DNA of 47,705 nucleotides, taken from positions 1 through 47,705 of the forward strand of contig DASRLE010000427.1 in assembly GCA_035648615.1 (NCBI GenBank), in the 5' to 3' direction. The translations under genes and the position numbers were made by a program. The first letter of the stretch is position 1, and each line of letters begins with the position of its first letter. The stretch comes from Candidatus Saccharimonadales bacterium. GTDB taxonomy: Bacteria; Verrucomicrobiota; Verrucomicrobiia; Limisphaerales; Palsa-1400. Positions 25,875 to 37,810 of the stretch are shown piece by piece. The notes below the pieces were generated by a model. It searched no databases. It was not told the origin of the DNA and was given only the letters and a program-made list of their open reading frames with translations.

Positions 25875-27704
25875 ATGGCTGAGAGCAAAAAACACGTTTA
25901 CGACGAAAGCAAAATCAAGACGCTTTCGTCCCTGGAACACATCCGTCTGCGCACGGGAATGTACATCGGCAGAATCGGCGACGGCTCGCATTATGACGAC
26001 GGCTGTTACATCCTGCTCAAGGAAGTCATCGATAATGCCATCGACGAATACATCATGGGCCATGGCAAGGAAGTGCAGATTAACATCGAAGGGACCACGG
26101 TCAGCGTGCGCGATTTCGGGCGCGGCATTCCCTTGGGCAAAGTCGTCGATTGCGTCTCCAAAATTAACACCGGCGCCAAGTATAACGACGACGTTTTCCA
26201 ATTCAGCGTCGGCCTCAACGGCGTCGGCACCAAAGCGGTCAACGCCCTTTCCAAGGACTTCCTGGTGAGGAGCCAGCGCGGCGGAGAATTTGTCGAAGCG
26301 TCCTTCAAAATTGGCAAACTGAAAAACGAGAAAAAGGGAGAAACCACCGAACCCGACGGCACCTTCATTCGTTTCGTGCCCGATCCGGAAATTTTCAAAG
26401 ACAGCGCCTTTCGGCCCGAGTTTGTCGAACGGCGGCTGCGGCATTACAGCTATCTCAACACCGGCCTTAAGCTTCACTACAATGGGCAGACCTTCCTCTC
26501 GCGCAATGGCCTGCTTGACCTGGTCATGGAAGATTTGCGGACGGACAATTCCGAGCCGATCTATCCCCCGCTCCATTATTCCAGCAGGACTCTGGAATTC
26601 TGCTTTACACACACCAACAGCCGCTACGGAGAGACGTTTTTTTCGTTCGTCAACGGCCAATACACCAGCGACGGCGGCACGCACCTCAGCGCTTTTCGCG
26701 AAGGGCTGCTTAAGGCGGTCAATGAATTTGCCAAGGGCAAATACGAAGGCGACGACGTGCGCGAGTGCATGATCGGCGCGGTTTCGTTGCGCCTCAAAGA
26801 TCCCGTCTTCGAATCACAAACGAAAAACAAACTCGGCAACACCGAAATTCGCGGCGAACTGGTCAACACCGTGCGCGAGGAATTGCTGCACTTTTTCAAT
26901 CGCAATAAGGAAGTCGCCGAAAAAATCATGGCCAAGGTCGAGGACACCCGGCAGCTGCGCAAGGAGTTGCAGGAAGTCAAAAAACTGGCGCGCGAACGGG
27001 CCAAAGCCATCACCATTCGCATCCCGCAATTGAAGGATTGCAAAGTCCATTTCGACAAAGCCAAGGGCAAAGGCAAAGGTTCGATGATCTTCTTGACTGA
27101 GGGGCAGTCGGCGGCCGGCTCGATTGTCAGTTGCCGCGACGTCAATACGCAGGCGATCTTCGTTCTCAAAGGCAAACCGCTCAACGTCTGGGACCTCAAG
27201 CGCGACATCGTTTATAAAAACGACGAGATGTATAACCTCATGCGCAGCCTCGATATCGAGGACAACCTCGACAATCTTCGCTACGAAAAAGTCATTCTCG
27301 CCACCGACGCCGATGTCGATGGCCTGCACATTCGCAATTTGCTCATCACCTATTTCTTTCGCTTCTTCGAGCACTTGGTGCAGGAAGGCCATCTCCAGGT
27401 TTTGGAAACCCCGCTCTTTCGAGTGCGCAACAAGGAACAAACCATTTATTGCTACAGCGAACCCGAACGCAACGCCGCGGCGGCGAAGTTGGGCAAAAGC
27501 TGTGAAATCACCCGTTTCAAAGGCTTGGGCGAAATCTCACCGCATGAATTCAAACAATTCATCGGCAGCGAGATGCGCCTGACCCAGGTGGAGTATGCGT
27601 CGAAAGCCGACGCTGCGGGCATCCTCGGCTTTTACATGGGCAAAAACACGCCCGAACGCAAAGAGTACATCATGGAGAGGCTGGTCGTGCCGGTGGAAGA
27701 TTGA
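25875..27704 (+). CDS. parE: Type IIA topoisomerase ATPase subunit, short form (topoisomerase IV subunit B-like)
   Basis: LEHIRLRTGMYIG, LLKEVIDNAIDE, GRGIP, GLNGVGTKAVNALS, Toprim block MIFLTEGQSAAGS and ATDADVDGLHI, then KGLGE. At 609 aa it lacks the long GyrB insertion, hence ParE-like. GyrB cannot be excluded. Confidence 0.88.
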   Translation: MAESKKHVYDESKIKTLSSLEHIRLRTGMYIGRIGDGSHYDDGCYILLKEVIDNAIDEYIMGHGKEVQINIEGTTVSVRDFGRGIPLGKVVDCVSKINTGAKYNDDVFQFSVGLNGVGTKAVNALSKDFLVRSQRGGEFVEASFKIGKLKNEKKGETTEPDGTFIRFVPDPEIFKDSAFRPEFVERRLRHYSYLNTGLKLHYNGQTFLSRNGLLDLVMEDLRTDNSEPIYPPLHYSSRTLEFCFTHTNSRYGETFFSFVNGQYTSDGGTHLSAFREGLLKAVNEFAKGKYEGDDVRECMIGAVSLRLKDPVFESQTKNKLGNTEIRGELVNTVREELLHFFNRNKEVAEKIMAKVEDTRQLRKELQEVKKLARERAKAITIRIPQLKDCKVHFDKAKGKGKGSMIFLTEGQSAAGSIVSCRDVNTQAIFVLKGKPLNVWDLKRDIVYKNDEMYNLMRSLDIEDNLDNLRYEKVILATDADVDGLHIRNLLITYFFRFFEHLVQEGHLQVLETPLFRVRNKEQTIYCYSEPERNAAAAKLGKSCEITRFKGLGEISPHEFKQFIGSEMRLTQVEYASKADAAGILGFYMGKNTPERKEYIMERLVVPVED

Positions 27705-27740
27705 CCACATAAAACGGGCGGTCCGTGCCGCACCGGGTTC

Positions 27741-30457
27741 TTATTCCTTGATCAGCTCCCGGGCCTTTTGCAAAGCTTCGTCGAGTTTGGCAATATCTTT
27801 GCCGCCGCCCCGCGCGTTGTCGGGCTTGCCCCCGCCTTTGCCGCCGACGATGGGTGCGATGGCTTGAATGATTTTGCCGGCCTGCCATTTGGCGGTGAAC
27901 TCCGGCGACACGCTGGCGACTAAACCGACGGCTTGATTGGCCGCGCCGCCGAGGACGACAACTCCTTTGAACTGGCTTTTGAGCGCATCGGCCACCGCTT
28001 GCAGAAAATCACCGTCCGCCGCGCCGAGATTCTCGATGATGGCGGGCGTTGCACCGACGGTCTGCGCCTTGGCTGACAATGCGCGAGCCAGTTCCGCCGC
28101 CTGCTTTTGCTGGTGGGATTTCAGTTGTTTCTCCAAGTCCTTTTGCTGGGAAAGAAGAGAGTCAAGACGCTTTTCCAGGTCGGCCACGGATGAGTTCACT
28201 TTGCCGGCCAGGGTCGAAAGCATTGCGGCTTCCTCTTTGCTTTTGTCGTAGGCGCGGAGGCCGGCCACCGCCTCGATGCGGCGAATCCCGGCCGCGACCG
28301 CCCCTTCGCTGACAATGCGAAACAGTCCCACTTCGCCGGTCCCGCGCGCATGCGTGCCGCCACATAGCTCCATGGAATACCCATTCAAATCCCCTGCCCC
28401 GCCGCCCATTTGCACCACCCGCACAGTGTCGCCGTACTTTTCGCCGAAGAATTGCATGATGTCCCTGCGCCCTTTGACTGCGGCGTAGGGCGTTTCCACC
28501 CAAGTAACGAGGGCATTTTCCACAACGCGTTCGTTGACGAGCTTTTCGACGTCGCTGATTTGCGCGGGCGTGAGGGCGGCGCTGCTGAAATCGAAGGTCA
28601 ATTTGTCCGGGCCAACGTAGGAACCTTTTTGCACGGCATCGGCGCTGACCACTTCGTGCAAGGCCCAATGCAGCAGATGCGTCACCGAATGGTGCCGCTG
28701 GATGGCAGCCCGCCGCCGCAAGTCGATCCGCAGTTCGACTTGACTGCCCGGTTCGGGCGCTTCCTCGTCGCCGAGAAAATGCAGGAAGGTCGGACCCGTT
28801 TTCTGAGTATTGACAACGCGCCAGATTTTGCCGGCGGCCTGGGCTTCGCCGGTGTCGCCCACCTGCCCGCCCATCTCCGCGTAGAACGGCGAAACGTCCA
28901 CCGTCAGCGCCAGTTTGTCTTTCAGCCGCACTGCTTCGTGGACCGTGGCCGTGACCTGGAATTGTTCGAAGCCGACGAAGCGGGTTGGCTTGCTCGTGTC
29001 GATTTGCGAGGCCGTGATGATTTCCTTTTTCTGGGCGGCGCGCGCGCGTGCGCGCTGTTCTTCCATGCGCTTTTCAAAGCCCGCGCTATCGACGGTCAAT
29101 CCGCGCTCGCGGGCCATCAATTCGGTCAGGTCAAGAGGAAATCCGTAGGTGTCGTAAAGCTTGAAAGCAAAGTCCCCGGAAATTTGGATCGAGCGCGCCT
29201 GACGGGTTTCGTCATTAAATAATTCCAAGCCTCGATCAAGGGTTTTATTAAAAGCTTCTTCCTCCACTCGAATGACGTCGCGCACTTGGGCCTGTTTTTG
29301 ACGAATTTCCGGAAAGACTCCGCCCATCGTGGCCGCCAGAACATCGACCAGTTTGTAGAAGAACGGCTCGTGAAAACCAAGGCTGCGCCCATAACGAACC
29401 GCCCGGCGCAAAATACGCCGCAAAACATAATGGCGATCGTTGTTGCCCGGCAAAATGCCGTCGGCAATCGAAAAACTCAGCGTGCGGATATGGTCGGCGA
29501 TGACCCGAAAGGCCACGTCGATTTTCTCGTGTTCCGTCTCACCGACTGTCCCCGCCTTGGGAAGCGTGGACGTGTAGCGCTTGCCGCTTAGTTTTTCGAT
29601 CTGATCGAAGATCGGGCGGAAAATATCGGTTTCGTAATTGGAGATGACGCGGGTGAAATCGGTGAACTTGCTGGTGTTTTGAATGATGCCGGTGACGCGT
29701 TCAAAACCCATCCCGGTATCGACGTGCCGCGCCGGCAACGGGGCAAACGTGCCGTCAGGATTGGCATTAAACTGGATAAAGACCAGGTTCCAAATCTCGA
29801 TGCAGCGGGCGTCGCCCTTATTGACCAGCAACCCGCCCGTGTCTCCCGCCGGAGTCAAGTCAACATGAATTTCCGAGCACGGGCCGCAAGGGCCGGTCTC
29901 GCCCATCATCCAGAAATTATCTTTTTTGCCGCCATTGACGATGTGGATTTTAGGATCGAGGCCGGCCCCCGAGAAGAGCGCCGCCCAAAAATTCCACGCT
30001 TCCTGGTCAAACTCGCTCGGGTCGTTTTTCGACTTGTCAGGATTATAGACGGTGGCGTAAAGGCGGTTAGGTGGAAATTTCCAGACCTGGGTGATCAATT
30101 CCCAAGCCCATTCAATCGCTTCCTTTTTGAAGTAATCCCCAAAGCTCCAGTTGCCCAGCATCTCGAAGAAAGTGTGATGATAGGTGTCCAAACCAACGTC
30201 TTCCAAATCGTTGTGCTTGCCGCCGGCGCGGATGCACTTTTGAGTGTCAGCGGCGCGGGTCGGCTTGCCGCGCACCGCCCCCGGCCATTGATCCACATCG
30301 GGCGCGCGCTGATTGAGGAAAATGGGCACGAACTGGTTCATGCCCGCATTGGTGAAAAGCAAGCCGGGCGAATCGGGCATCAGGCTGGAGGAAGGCACGA
30401 TGGTGTGCTCTTTGGCTTTGAAGAAATCCAAAAAAGATTGGCGAATTTCGAGCGAGG

Positions 30458-30461
<4 letters not shown>
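27741..30461 (-). CDS. alaS: Alanine--tRNA ligase
   Basis: MTSLEIRQSFLDFFKAKEHTIVPSSSL...FTNAGMNQF, the editing-domain HSVTHLLH...CGGTH, and a C-terminal DHHA1-like GGKGGGKPD. Confidence 0.97.
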
Positions 30462-32382
<1,921 letters not shown>

Positions 32383-32509
32383 TCATAGAAGCGCCCGCCC
32401 CGCAGTCAAGGAACAAGGCGGCTGGACTTTGGATTGATCCAGTCGGGCCTTGCGCTAGACCCGAATCAAGGCTCGTCAACGGCGAACTCCCCATCATAAA
32501 TTAACTCGA

Positions 32510-33532
32510 ATGTCAGAAAAGCTTCAGGTCGCAGTGCTCGGCGTCGGCTCGCTGGGCAAGGAACATGCCCGCCTTTACGCGGAATTGGCCGCGAACGGAC
32601 AAATCGAATTCGCCGGCGTTCACGATGTTTCCCTTCCCCAAGCCATCAAGATTGCCGAGAAATATCGAGTGCCCCACTTTGCGACGCTGACGGAAGCGTT
32701 GCAGACCGCCAATGTCTTTAGTATTGTCACCCCGACCAGCACCCACTTTGCGCTGGCCAAAACCGTCCTGGCCGCCGGCAAACATGTCCTGTTGGAAAAA
32801 CCGATGACCGACAATGCCGCCGAAGCCGCGGAACTGGTGCAACTGGCCCGCGAAAAAGATTGCGTCCTCCAGATCGGCCACGTCGAGCGGTTCAATCCTG
32901 TCTTGCAATACCTTGAACAGGTGGCGACAGAGCCGCGTTTCATCGAGAGCCACCGCCTGTCGCCGTATCCGAAACGCAGCACGGACATTGGAGTCGTGCT
33001 TGATTTGATGATTCACGATTTGGATGTGGTGCTGGGCTTTGTCCACTCTCCACTGGCCAGTGTGGATGCGGTCGGCATCCCTGTTTTGAGCAGGTCCGAA
33101 GACATCGCCAACGCCCGCCTGCGTTTTGTCAACGGTTGCGTGGCCAACCTCACCGTCAGCCGGGTCAGCCCTGAGAAAATGCGCAAAATCCGCGTTTTCA
33201 GCGGCGGGGCCATGACAAGTTATGTCTCCCTCGATTACCAGGCGCAGGAAGGTTTCATCACCCGAGTGGCCCGCGCGGGCGAAGAAGATTCGTCGCTCCT
33301 GAAAAAGCTTTTGCTGAGCAAGGACTCCACTATCGTGAGTGAATTCGCCGGCAAAAAGATTGTGCGCGAGCCGGTGCCTATCGAAAAAGACGAACCGCTC
33401 AAGCTGGAACTGCGGCACTTCATCCATTGCGTGCGAGAACGCCAAACGCCCAAAGTCAGTGGAGTCGTCGCCTTGCAGTCCTTGGACTTAGCCCTCGAGA
33501 TCACCCGCCAAATTCAAGCGGCCAATCCCTGA
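32510..33532 (+). CDS. Gfo/Idh/MocA-family NAD-dependent oxidoreductase
   Basis: Rossmann N-terminus VAVLGVGSLGKEHA and the EKP motif (VLLEKPM). It lies upstream of lpxB. Confidence 0.85.
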   Translation: MSEKLQVAVLGVGSLGKEHARLYAELAANGQIEFAGVHDVSLPQAIKIAEKYRVPHFATLTEALQTANVFSIVTPTSTHFALAKTVLAAGKHVLLEKPMTDNAAEAAELVQLAREKDCVLQIGHVERFNPVLQYLEQVATEPRFIESHRLSPYPKRSTDIGVVLDLMIHDLDVVLGFVHSPLASVDAVGIPVLSRSEDIANARLRFVNGCVANLTVSRVSPEKMRKIRVFSGGAMTSYVSLDYQAQEGFITRVARAGEEDSSLLKKLLLSKDSTIVSEFAGKKIVREPVPIEKDEPLKLELRHFIHCVRERQTPKVSGVVALQSLDLALEITRQIQAANP

Positions 33533-33535
33533 CCC

Positions 33536-33934
33536 GTGCCGACCTTATCGCAATCCATCGGTTTGATCTTCATCATCCCGATCATCGCCTTTGATGTCTG
33601 GCTTTTCAGCACCACGGCCCGGCGACAGGTGCGGCATTGGCTGGAAGCAAAACAAGGGTGGCATCTGGCCGGATGTTTCGCAACGGGATTGGCGCTGGCC
33701 ATTTGGCTGACTTTTTTTATCCGATACCGCAATGGCTCAGACCTGCGTGTCCAGGGCTTCCCGATCCCGTTGGTTTTTTTCCATCTCGAAGGAACCATCT
33801 GGACGCAGACTGTTTTGCCCTCGACCTTGCCCTACGTCGGCGCCACCGCGGATTTCCTAACGGGCCTAGCCATTCCTTTTATCCCGTATAAGATCGCCGA
33901 ATTTATAAAAACGGTGAAGGCGGAGCTGAAATGA
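33536..33934 (+). CDS. Hypothetical membrane protein (about 4 TM)
   Basis: GTG start and several hydrophobic segments. Its stop overlaps the lpxB start by 4 nt. Confidence 0.6.
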   Translation: MPTLSQSIGLIFIIPIIAFDVWLFSTTARRQVRHWLEAKQGWHLAGCFATGLALAIWLTFFIRYRNGSDLRVQGFPIPLVFFHLEGTIWTQTVLPSTLPYVGATADFLTGLAIPFIPYKIAEFIKTVKAELK

Positions 33935-35109
33935 GGCCAAAAACCGTCATGATCGTGGCGGGCGATCCGAGCGGCGATGCCAACGCCGCCAAGTTGGTCA
34001 CGGCGTTCAGCGCGTCCTTGGTGCGCCTTCAACCAGGAAGCCCAACCATCCCCCCTCGCTTCATTGGGGCCGGCGGCCCAAAAATGGCGGAAGCAGGCGT
34101 CGCGTTGTCCTTCAACTTGACAGATGACGCGGTCATCGGCCCCACCGATGTCCTGGCGAAACTGGGCCTCTTTTGGCGTCGATACCGCGAACTCGTTGCT
34201 CTGGCGATTCGCACCCAGCCGGAACTGATCATCCTGGTGGACTTCTACACCTTCAATCAACGACTCGCCCATGCCATCAAACAACACACTCGCAAACAAG
34301 CAAACCAACCGGGCATTTGGCAGCCAAAAATAGTGCAATACACCTCACCGCAAGTTTGGGGGTCCCGCCCCTGGCGTGCTAAAAAACTCGCCCGGGACAT
34401 CGATCTGCTGCTCTGTCTTTTCCCCTTTGAAAAGGCCTGGTATGCGCAACGCGGGACGCCTCTGCAACTGGAGTACGTCGGGCATCCGATGCTTGACACT
34501 CCTCCCCTGCACCCTGCCCTTTCCGCCGGTGATCCGGTCGTCCTGCTTTTACCCGGCAGCCGGCGCGGAGAATTAAAACGCCACCTGCCTCTCATGCTGA
34601 ACGCGGCGCGCGCAATCGCCGTGCGCCAACAAGTCCGCTTTATCTTGGTCGCGCCTGACCAAACTCTAGCCGGCTACGCGCGTTCCTTTCTATTGCCTGG
34701 CCTCCCCAAAATAGAAATCCAAGTTGGACTTTTAAACGAAGCCCTCGCTGCCGCAACTTTGGCCATCGCATCGACCGGCACCGTAACCTTGGAGTGCGCC
34801 TACTATAGCCTTCCCACCATCGCGCTTTACAAAACATCCGCCATCACCGCTCAACTCGCCCGCTGGCTCATCACCGTAGAGTATCTGGCCATGCCCAACC
34901 TCTTAGCCGGCGAACCTGTCTTCCCGGAATTTATCCAAGAGCAGGCCACTGCGGAAAACATAGCAAGGAGTGCCATCGACTTGTTGGAGAATCCCAATCG
35001 CCGCACCGAGATTCGGCTCAAGTTGGCCCAAGCCATTGCGACGCTGGGCGGACCCGGATCAATCCATCGGGCCAGCGCGGCCATCCTGCAATTGATGAGT
35101 TCGGCTTGA
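33931..35109 (+). CDS. lpxB: Lipid-A-disaccharide synthase
   Basis: The N-terminal IVAGDPSGDANAAKL, the PQVWGSRPWRAKKL block, LPGSRRGE, GTVTLECAYYSLP and YLAMPNLLAGE are typical LpxB blocks. Confidence 0.92.
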   Translation: MRPKTVMIVAGDPSGDANAAKLVTAFSASLVRLQPGSPTIPPRFIGAGGPKMAEAGVALSFNLTDDAVIGPTDVLAKLGLFWRRYRELVALAIRTQPELIILVDFYTFNQRLAHAIKQHTRKQANQPGIWQPKIVQYTSPQVWGSRPWRAKKLARDIDLLLCLFPFEKAWYAQRGTPLQLEYVGHPMLDTPPLHPALSAGDPVVLLLPGSRRGELKRHLPLMLNAARAIAVRQQVRFILVAPDQTLAGYARSFLLPGLPKIEIQVGLLNEALAAATLAIASTGTVTLECAYYSLPTIALYKTSAITAQLARWLITVEYLAMPNLLAGEPVFPEFIQEQATAENIARSAIDLLENPNRRTEIRLKLAQAIATLGGPGSIHRASAAILQLMSSA

Positions 35110-35163
35110 GAGCGACTTTTCATCTGGCTGGATATATGCGGTGCTCGACGAGCCAGCTTCCCC

Positions 35164-35551
35164 ATGCTAAACAAGAGGATGCCGTTCACCTATGCTGAAC
35201 TTGAGCAGTTCTATGAGGGATTGGTCACGCGCGCCCGCAGCCGTGGCGTCGGCTGCGCCATCACAAGCGGCATGGCCTGTGTGGCCTTTGGCGTGTCCGA
35301 GACGATGATCTGTCCGGCCATACATGGTCGAGGTGCGGAAATCGCGTCTTAGGCCAAATGCTGGATTGCCAGATCAACACGGTCTCCGTGTTCGGTGCGC
35401 AGAAAAGTATCTTCCAATGGCCCTTTTGCGCGATTACGGCGTCAACCGCATGATTTCCGAAGCGCAAGAGAGCGTCGCTCAAATCATTAATCCCGCCGCG
35501 ATGGGGTGGTTGCCAGATGTTCGCCAACACTTTAGATTGGTGACGGCATGA
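35164..35551 (+). pseudogene. Possible frameshifted remnant gene inside the lpxB-adjacent insert
   Basis: Two overlapping ORFs in different frames (35164-35352 and 35324-35551). Neither has a recognisable domain. They lie within the segment bounded by the duplicated lpxB 3' end. Confidence 0.25.
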
Positions 35552-35769
35552 AAAAGACTGGACTCCTGCGGAAAAAATACCCGCCCGCCATGCGAAGAAA
35601 ATTGCGCAAGGCGATTTACGACTTTCACGTCCGCGCTTTTGGAGAGGAAATGGCGAGAGTCAATCATTTGCCACTCGCCGCCCGGCGCCGCTACATTGGC
35701 GAAATGGTCGATCATGCTACTCGAAAAGGCGTGAAGTCTGATAAACCGGCTTTGGGAGTCACGCCATAG
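35548..35769 (+). CDS. Hypothetical basic 73-aa protein
   Basis: Its ATG overlaps the preceding ORF's TGA (ATGA). The product is Arg/Lys rich (MKKTGLLRKKYPPAMRRKLRKAIYDF). No motif recognised. Confidence 0.3.
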   Translation: MKKTGLLRKKYPPAMRRKLRKAIYDFHVRAFGEEMARVNHLPLAARRRYIGEMVDHATRKGVKSDKPALGVTP

Positions 35770-35884
35770 GTTGCGTCTTGCCCATAGCCTCAAGACTGGA
35801 TCGCGTGCCAGACAACAATTGCGTAGAGGTCACTTTTGAGCGGCCGCTAAATAACCATTGCGTTCTTCGTTTGCACCATTCTAA

Positions 35885-36001
35885 CACACGCCGCTGACCC
35901 AAGCCATTGCGACCCTGGGCGGACCCGGCTCAATCGAGCGGGTCAGCGCGGCCATCCTGCAGTTGCTGGTTCCGGGGGTTCGAGAGGACGGTCATGGATA
36001 G
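35885..36001 (+). pseudogene. Displaced duplicate of the lpxB 3' end
   Basis: 35898-35965 matches 35027-35094 at 62 of 68 positions. It translates to QAIATLGGPGSIERVSAAILQL, against QAIATLGGPGSIHRASAAILQL in the intact lpxB. The frame is closed upstream by a TAA at 35882. Confidence 0.8.
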
Positions 36002-37683
36002 GCCTGCAAGCGATAAAATCGCTGTGCGTTAGTAGCGGCGTCAACCAAACTCTCCGCCATCCCGGTGCCCAAAAATGATTCCAGAAACTGCCAATTTGGC
36101 CGCAATAAATTGGTGGTGTATTGGATGGTGTAACTCACCGAAGGGAGCGTGCTCCAGGAAAGAAGAATCGTGCCGTTTGTGGGCGTGGCGGCTTGAATAT
36201 CCGGCGCAAGCATGACCGATTGTTTGACGACCGGCGTCAATGGCGGCAACTTTGCGGCGTTAGTAAAATTACTGTCGAAAGCCCAGATTCGAGCCGGAGG
36301 ATTATAGACGGTTCCTGTGCCGGGCCATGGAGCGGCGGCGATTTGGCTGTCAAACATGCAGCAGATGGATCCGTTCCAAAACAGGCTGACTCCCGACCAG
36401 TTTTCAGCCAATCGGATGAAATTCTCCAAGCCGCCACTATAGTGGGCGCCATCTGAGGGAACGTCTCCCGCAAAGAAAGCCGCATTGACCGTGTCAGTAC
36501 TGGCGAGGCGGCTGCCAATGCTCGCCGCGCTGTTACTGGGGTTCCAAGCCCCGGATAAAACGGTGATGGCATCCCCAAAAATTGCGCTGGGATAAGTATA
36601 GGCGGTATCGGACGCGCCCGCGTCGGAGTGGGCGGAATTGGTCGCGACGTTCCAGTTGCCGACAATATAGACCGGATCAGGAGTCACGATAGCCAATCCT
36701 TGCGGAGGCAAAGTCGCTCCGTTGCTCAACACGAGGCCCGGCTGCGCGTTCAGGTAGTCATTGGTGAGGTAGGTGTAATTGGTGTAAGCTGCGCCCATTC
36801 TAACATTGTAAGTGTAAGTATAGTGACCGGGGCTTCCATTGGTGGTGATAGGCGGCAAGTACGTGCCGGGCGCCGGAGGATCAGGGCTCGTCATCTGATT
36901 GGTCGTGTAATTGGTCCCAACCGTTGTGTTCGTGGTAACAACGGTATCGCTCATGTCGCGCAGGTCGGCCAGATAGACAGATTGGACATCTGCCGCTCCG
37001 CTGCCGCGCGCTGCCTGCAGCAACGGACGCAATACTGTATTGGTTGCGCTCCAAGCTACCAGGTTCGATACATTCAGCACCACCGGATTGACCTGGAATG
37101 CATCCCGCTGATCATAAAAAGCTCCATTGGTGCCGATAAAATTCCCCCACTGATTGCTCGAAATGACAGTCGCTTGATGGTTGATGGAAACCCCGCTGGA
37201 AACGAAAATGGCATTGTTGTTGGAGATCATAACGATCATGTCAGCACGGTTAAAAAGACGATTCGTGCCCAAGACGGAGACGGGGGACTCACCCAGTGGC
37301 GGAACCTGCAACAAAGCGTACCCATTGGTGGCGTATCTGTCGCCGGGCAAGAGGTAAGGCACGGCGTTAGAAACCGCGGGAACATCAAAGATAATCGGGC
37401 CTGGAGTTGATCTGATAGTGGGATCGGCTGGACTCTCGCCCGCATAAATCCCACCTCCAGCATTGACTGCGGCCAGGAACGTCAGCGATTGACTAGGGTC
37501 AGCGTAGATATTCAGGTTAGCTTGCACCGGGCCACTGACGGTAAAGTTAGGGCCAGGGTTAATTTCGAGCTGGTCCTGGTAATAGAAGACTGAAAACTGA
37601 AAAACCGGGACAAAATTGGTCACCTGGGCTTGTAAGGTTATCGCCAACCATGGAGCAGCCACCATCCAAATCAGCTTTTTCAT
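35992..37683 (-). CDS. Hypothetical secreted protein with a C-terminal FYRL-type beta-sandwich tail
   Basis: Signal peptide MKKLIWMVAAPWLAITLQAQ. Thr/Asn/Tyr-rich middle region. The C-terminus LLSWSTLPSVSYTIQYTTNL..PNW...QRFYRLQAYP is a tail I recall as common in PVC secreted proteins. Confidence 0.75.
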   Translation of the reverse strand: MKKLIWMVAAPWLAITLQAQVTNFVPVFQFSVFYYQDQLEINPGPNFTVSGPVQANLNIYADPSQSLTFLAAVNAGGGIYAGESPADPTIRSTPGPIIFDVPAVSNAVPYLLPGDRYATNGYALLQVPPLGESPVSVLGTNRLFNRADMIVMISNNNAIFVSSGVSINHQATVISSNQWGNFIGTNGAFYDQRDAFQVNPVVLNVSNLVAWSATNTVLRPLLQAARGSGAADVQSVYLADLRDMSDTVVTTNTTVGTNYTTNQMTSPDPPAPGTYLPPITTNGSPGHYTYTYNVRMGAAYTNYTYLTNDYLNAQPGLVLSNGATLPPQGLAIVTPDPVYIVGNWNVATNSAHSDAGASDTAYTYPSAIFGDAITVLSGAWNPSNSAASIGSRLASTDTVNAAFFAGDVPSDGAHYSGGLENFIRLAENWSGVSLFWNGSICCMFDSQIAAAPWPGTGTVYNPPARIWAFDSNFTNAAKLPPLTPVVKQSVMLAPDIQAATPTNGTILLSWSTLPSVSYTIQYTTNLLRPNWQFLESFLGTGMAESLVDAATNAQRFYRLQAYP

Positions 37684-37810
37684 CTGGTCGAGTTTGCAGC
37701 CTTGGCATTGATGCTGTCAAGCGTCCTGGTCCGGCGGCGGCGCATTCAACGCGGTGTCCAAATCCCCGGCGCAATCTCCGAATTGGCAGCCTCACGGCTG
37801 TTTTTTTATT

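Noticed and set aside
25084-25882. Mutually overlapping 225-aa (minus) and 212-aa (plus) ORFs in the long gap
   Set aside because: Both translations are Arg/Ser/Ala/Pro-rich and span recognisable repeat elements (the REP-like hairpin and the TAATCT array). I treat the region as non-coding. This should be re-examined if homology or Ribo-seq evidence appears.
25740-26684. 314-aa minus-strand ORF
   Set aside because: It is antisense to the ParE-like gene.
32513-33445. 310-aa minus-strand ORF
   Set aside because: It is antisense to the Gfo/Idh/MocA oxidoreductase.
36628-37410. 260-aa plus-strand ORF
   Set aside because: It is antisense to the 563-aa secreted protein gene and has low-complexity Arg/Gly/Ile content.
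37779-37800. An intrinsic terminator (cagcc tcac ggctg followed by a T-run)
   Set aside because: The T-run follows the hairpin only on the plus strand, whereas both flanking genes are on the minus strand. The stem is only 5 bp, so support is weak.
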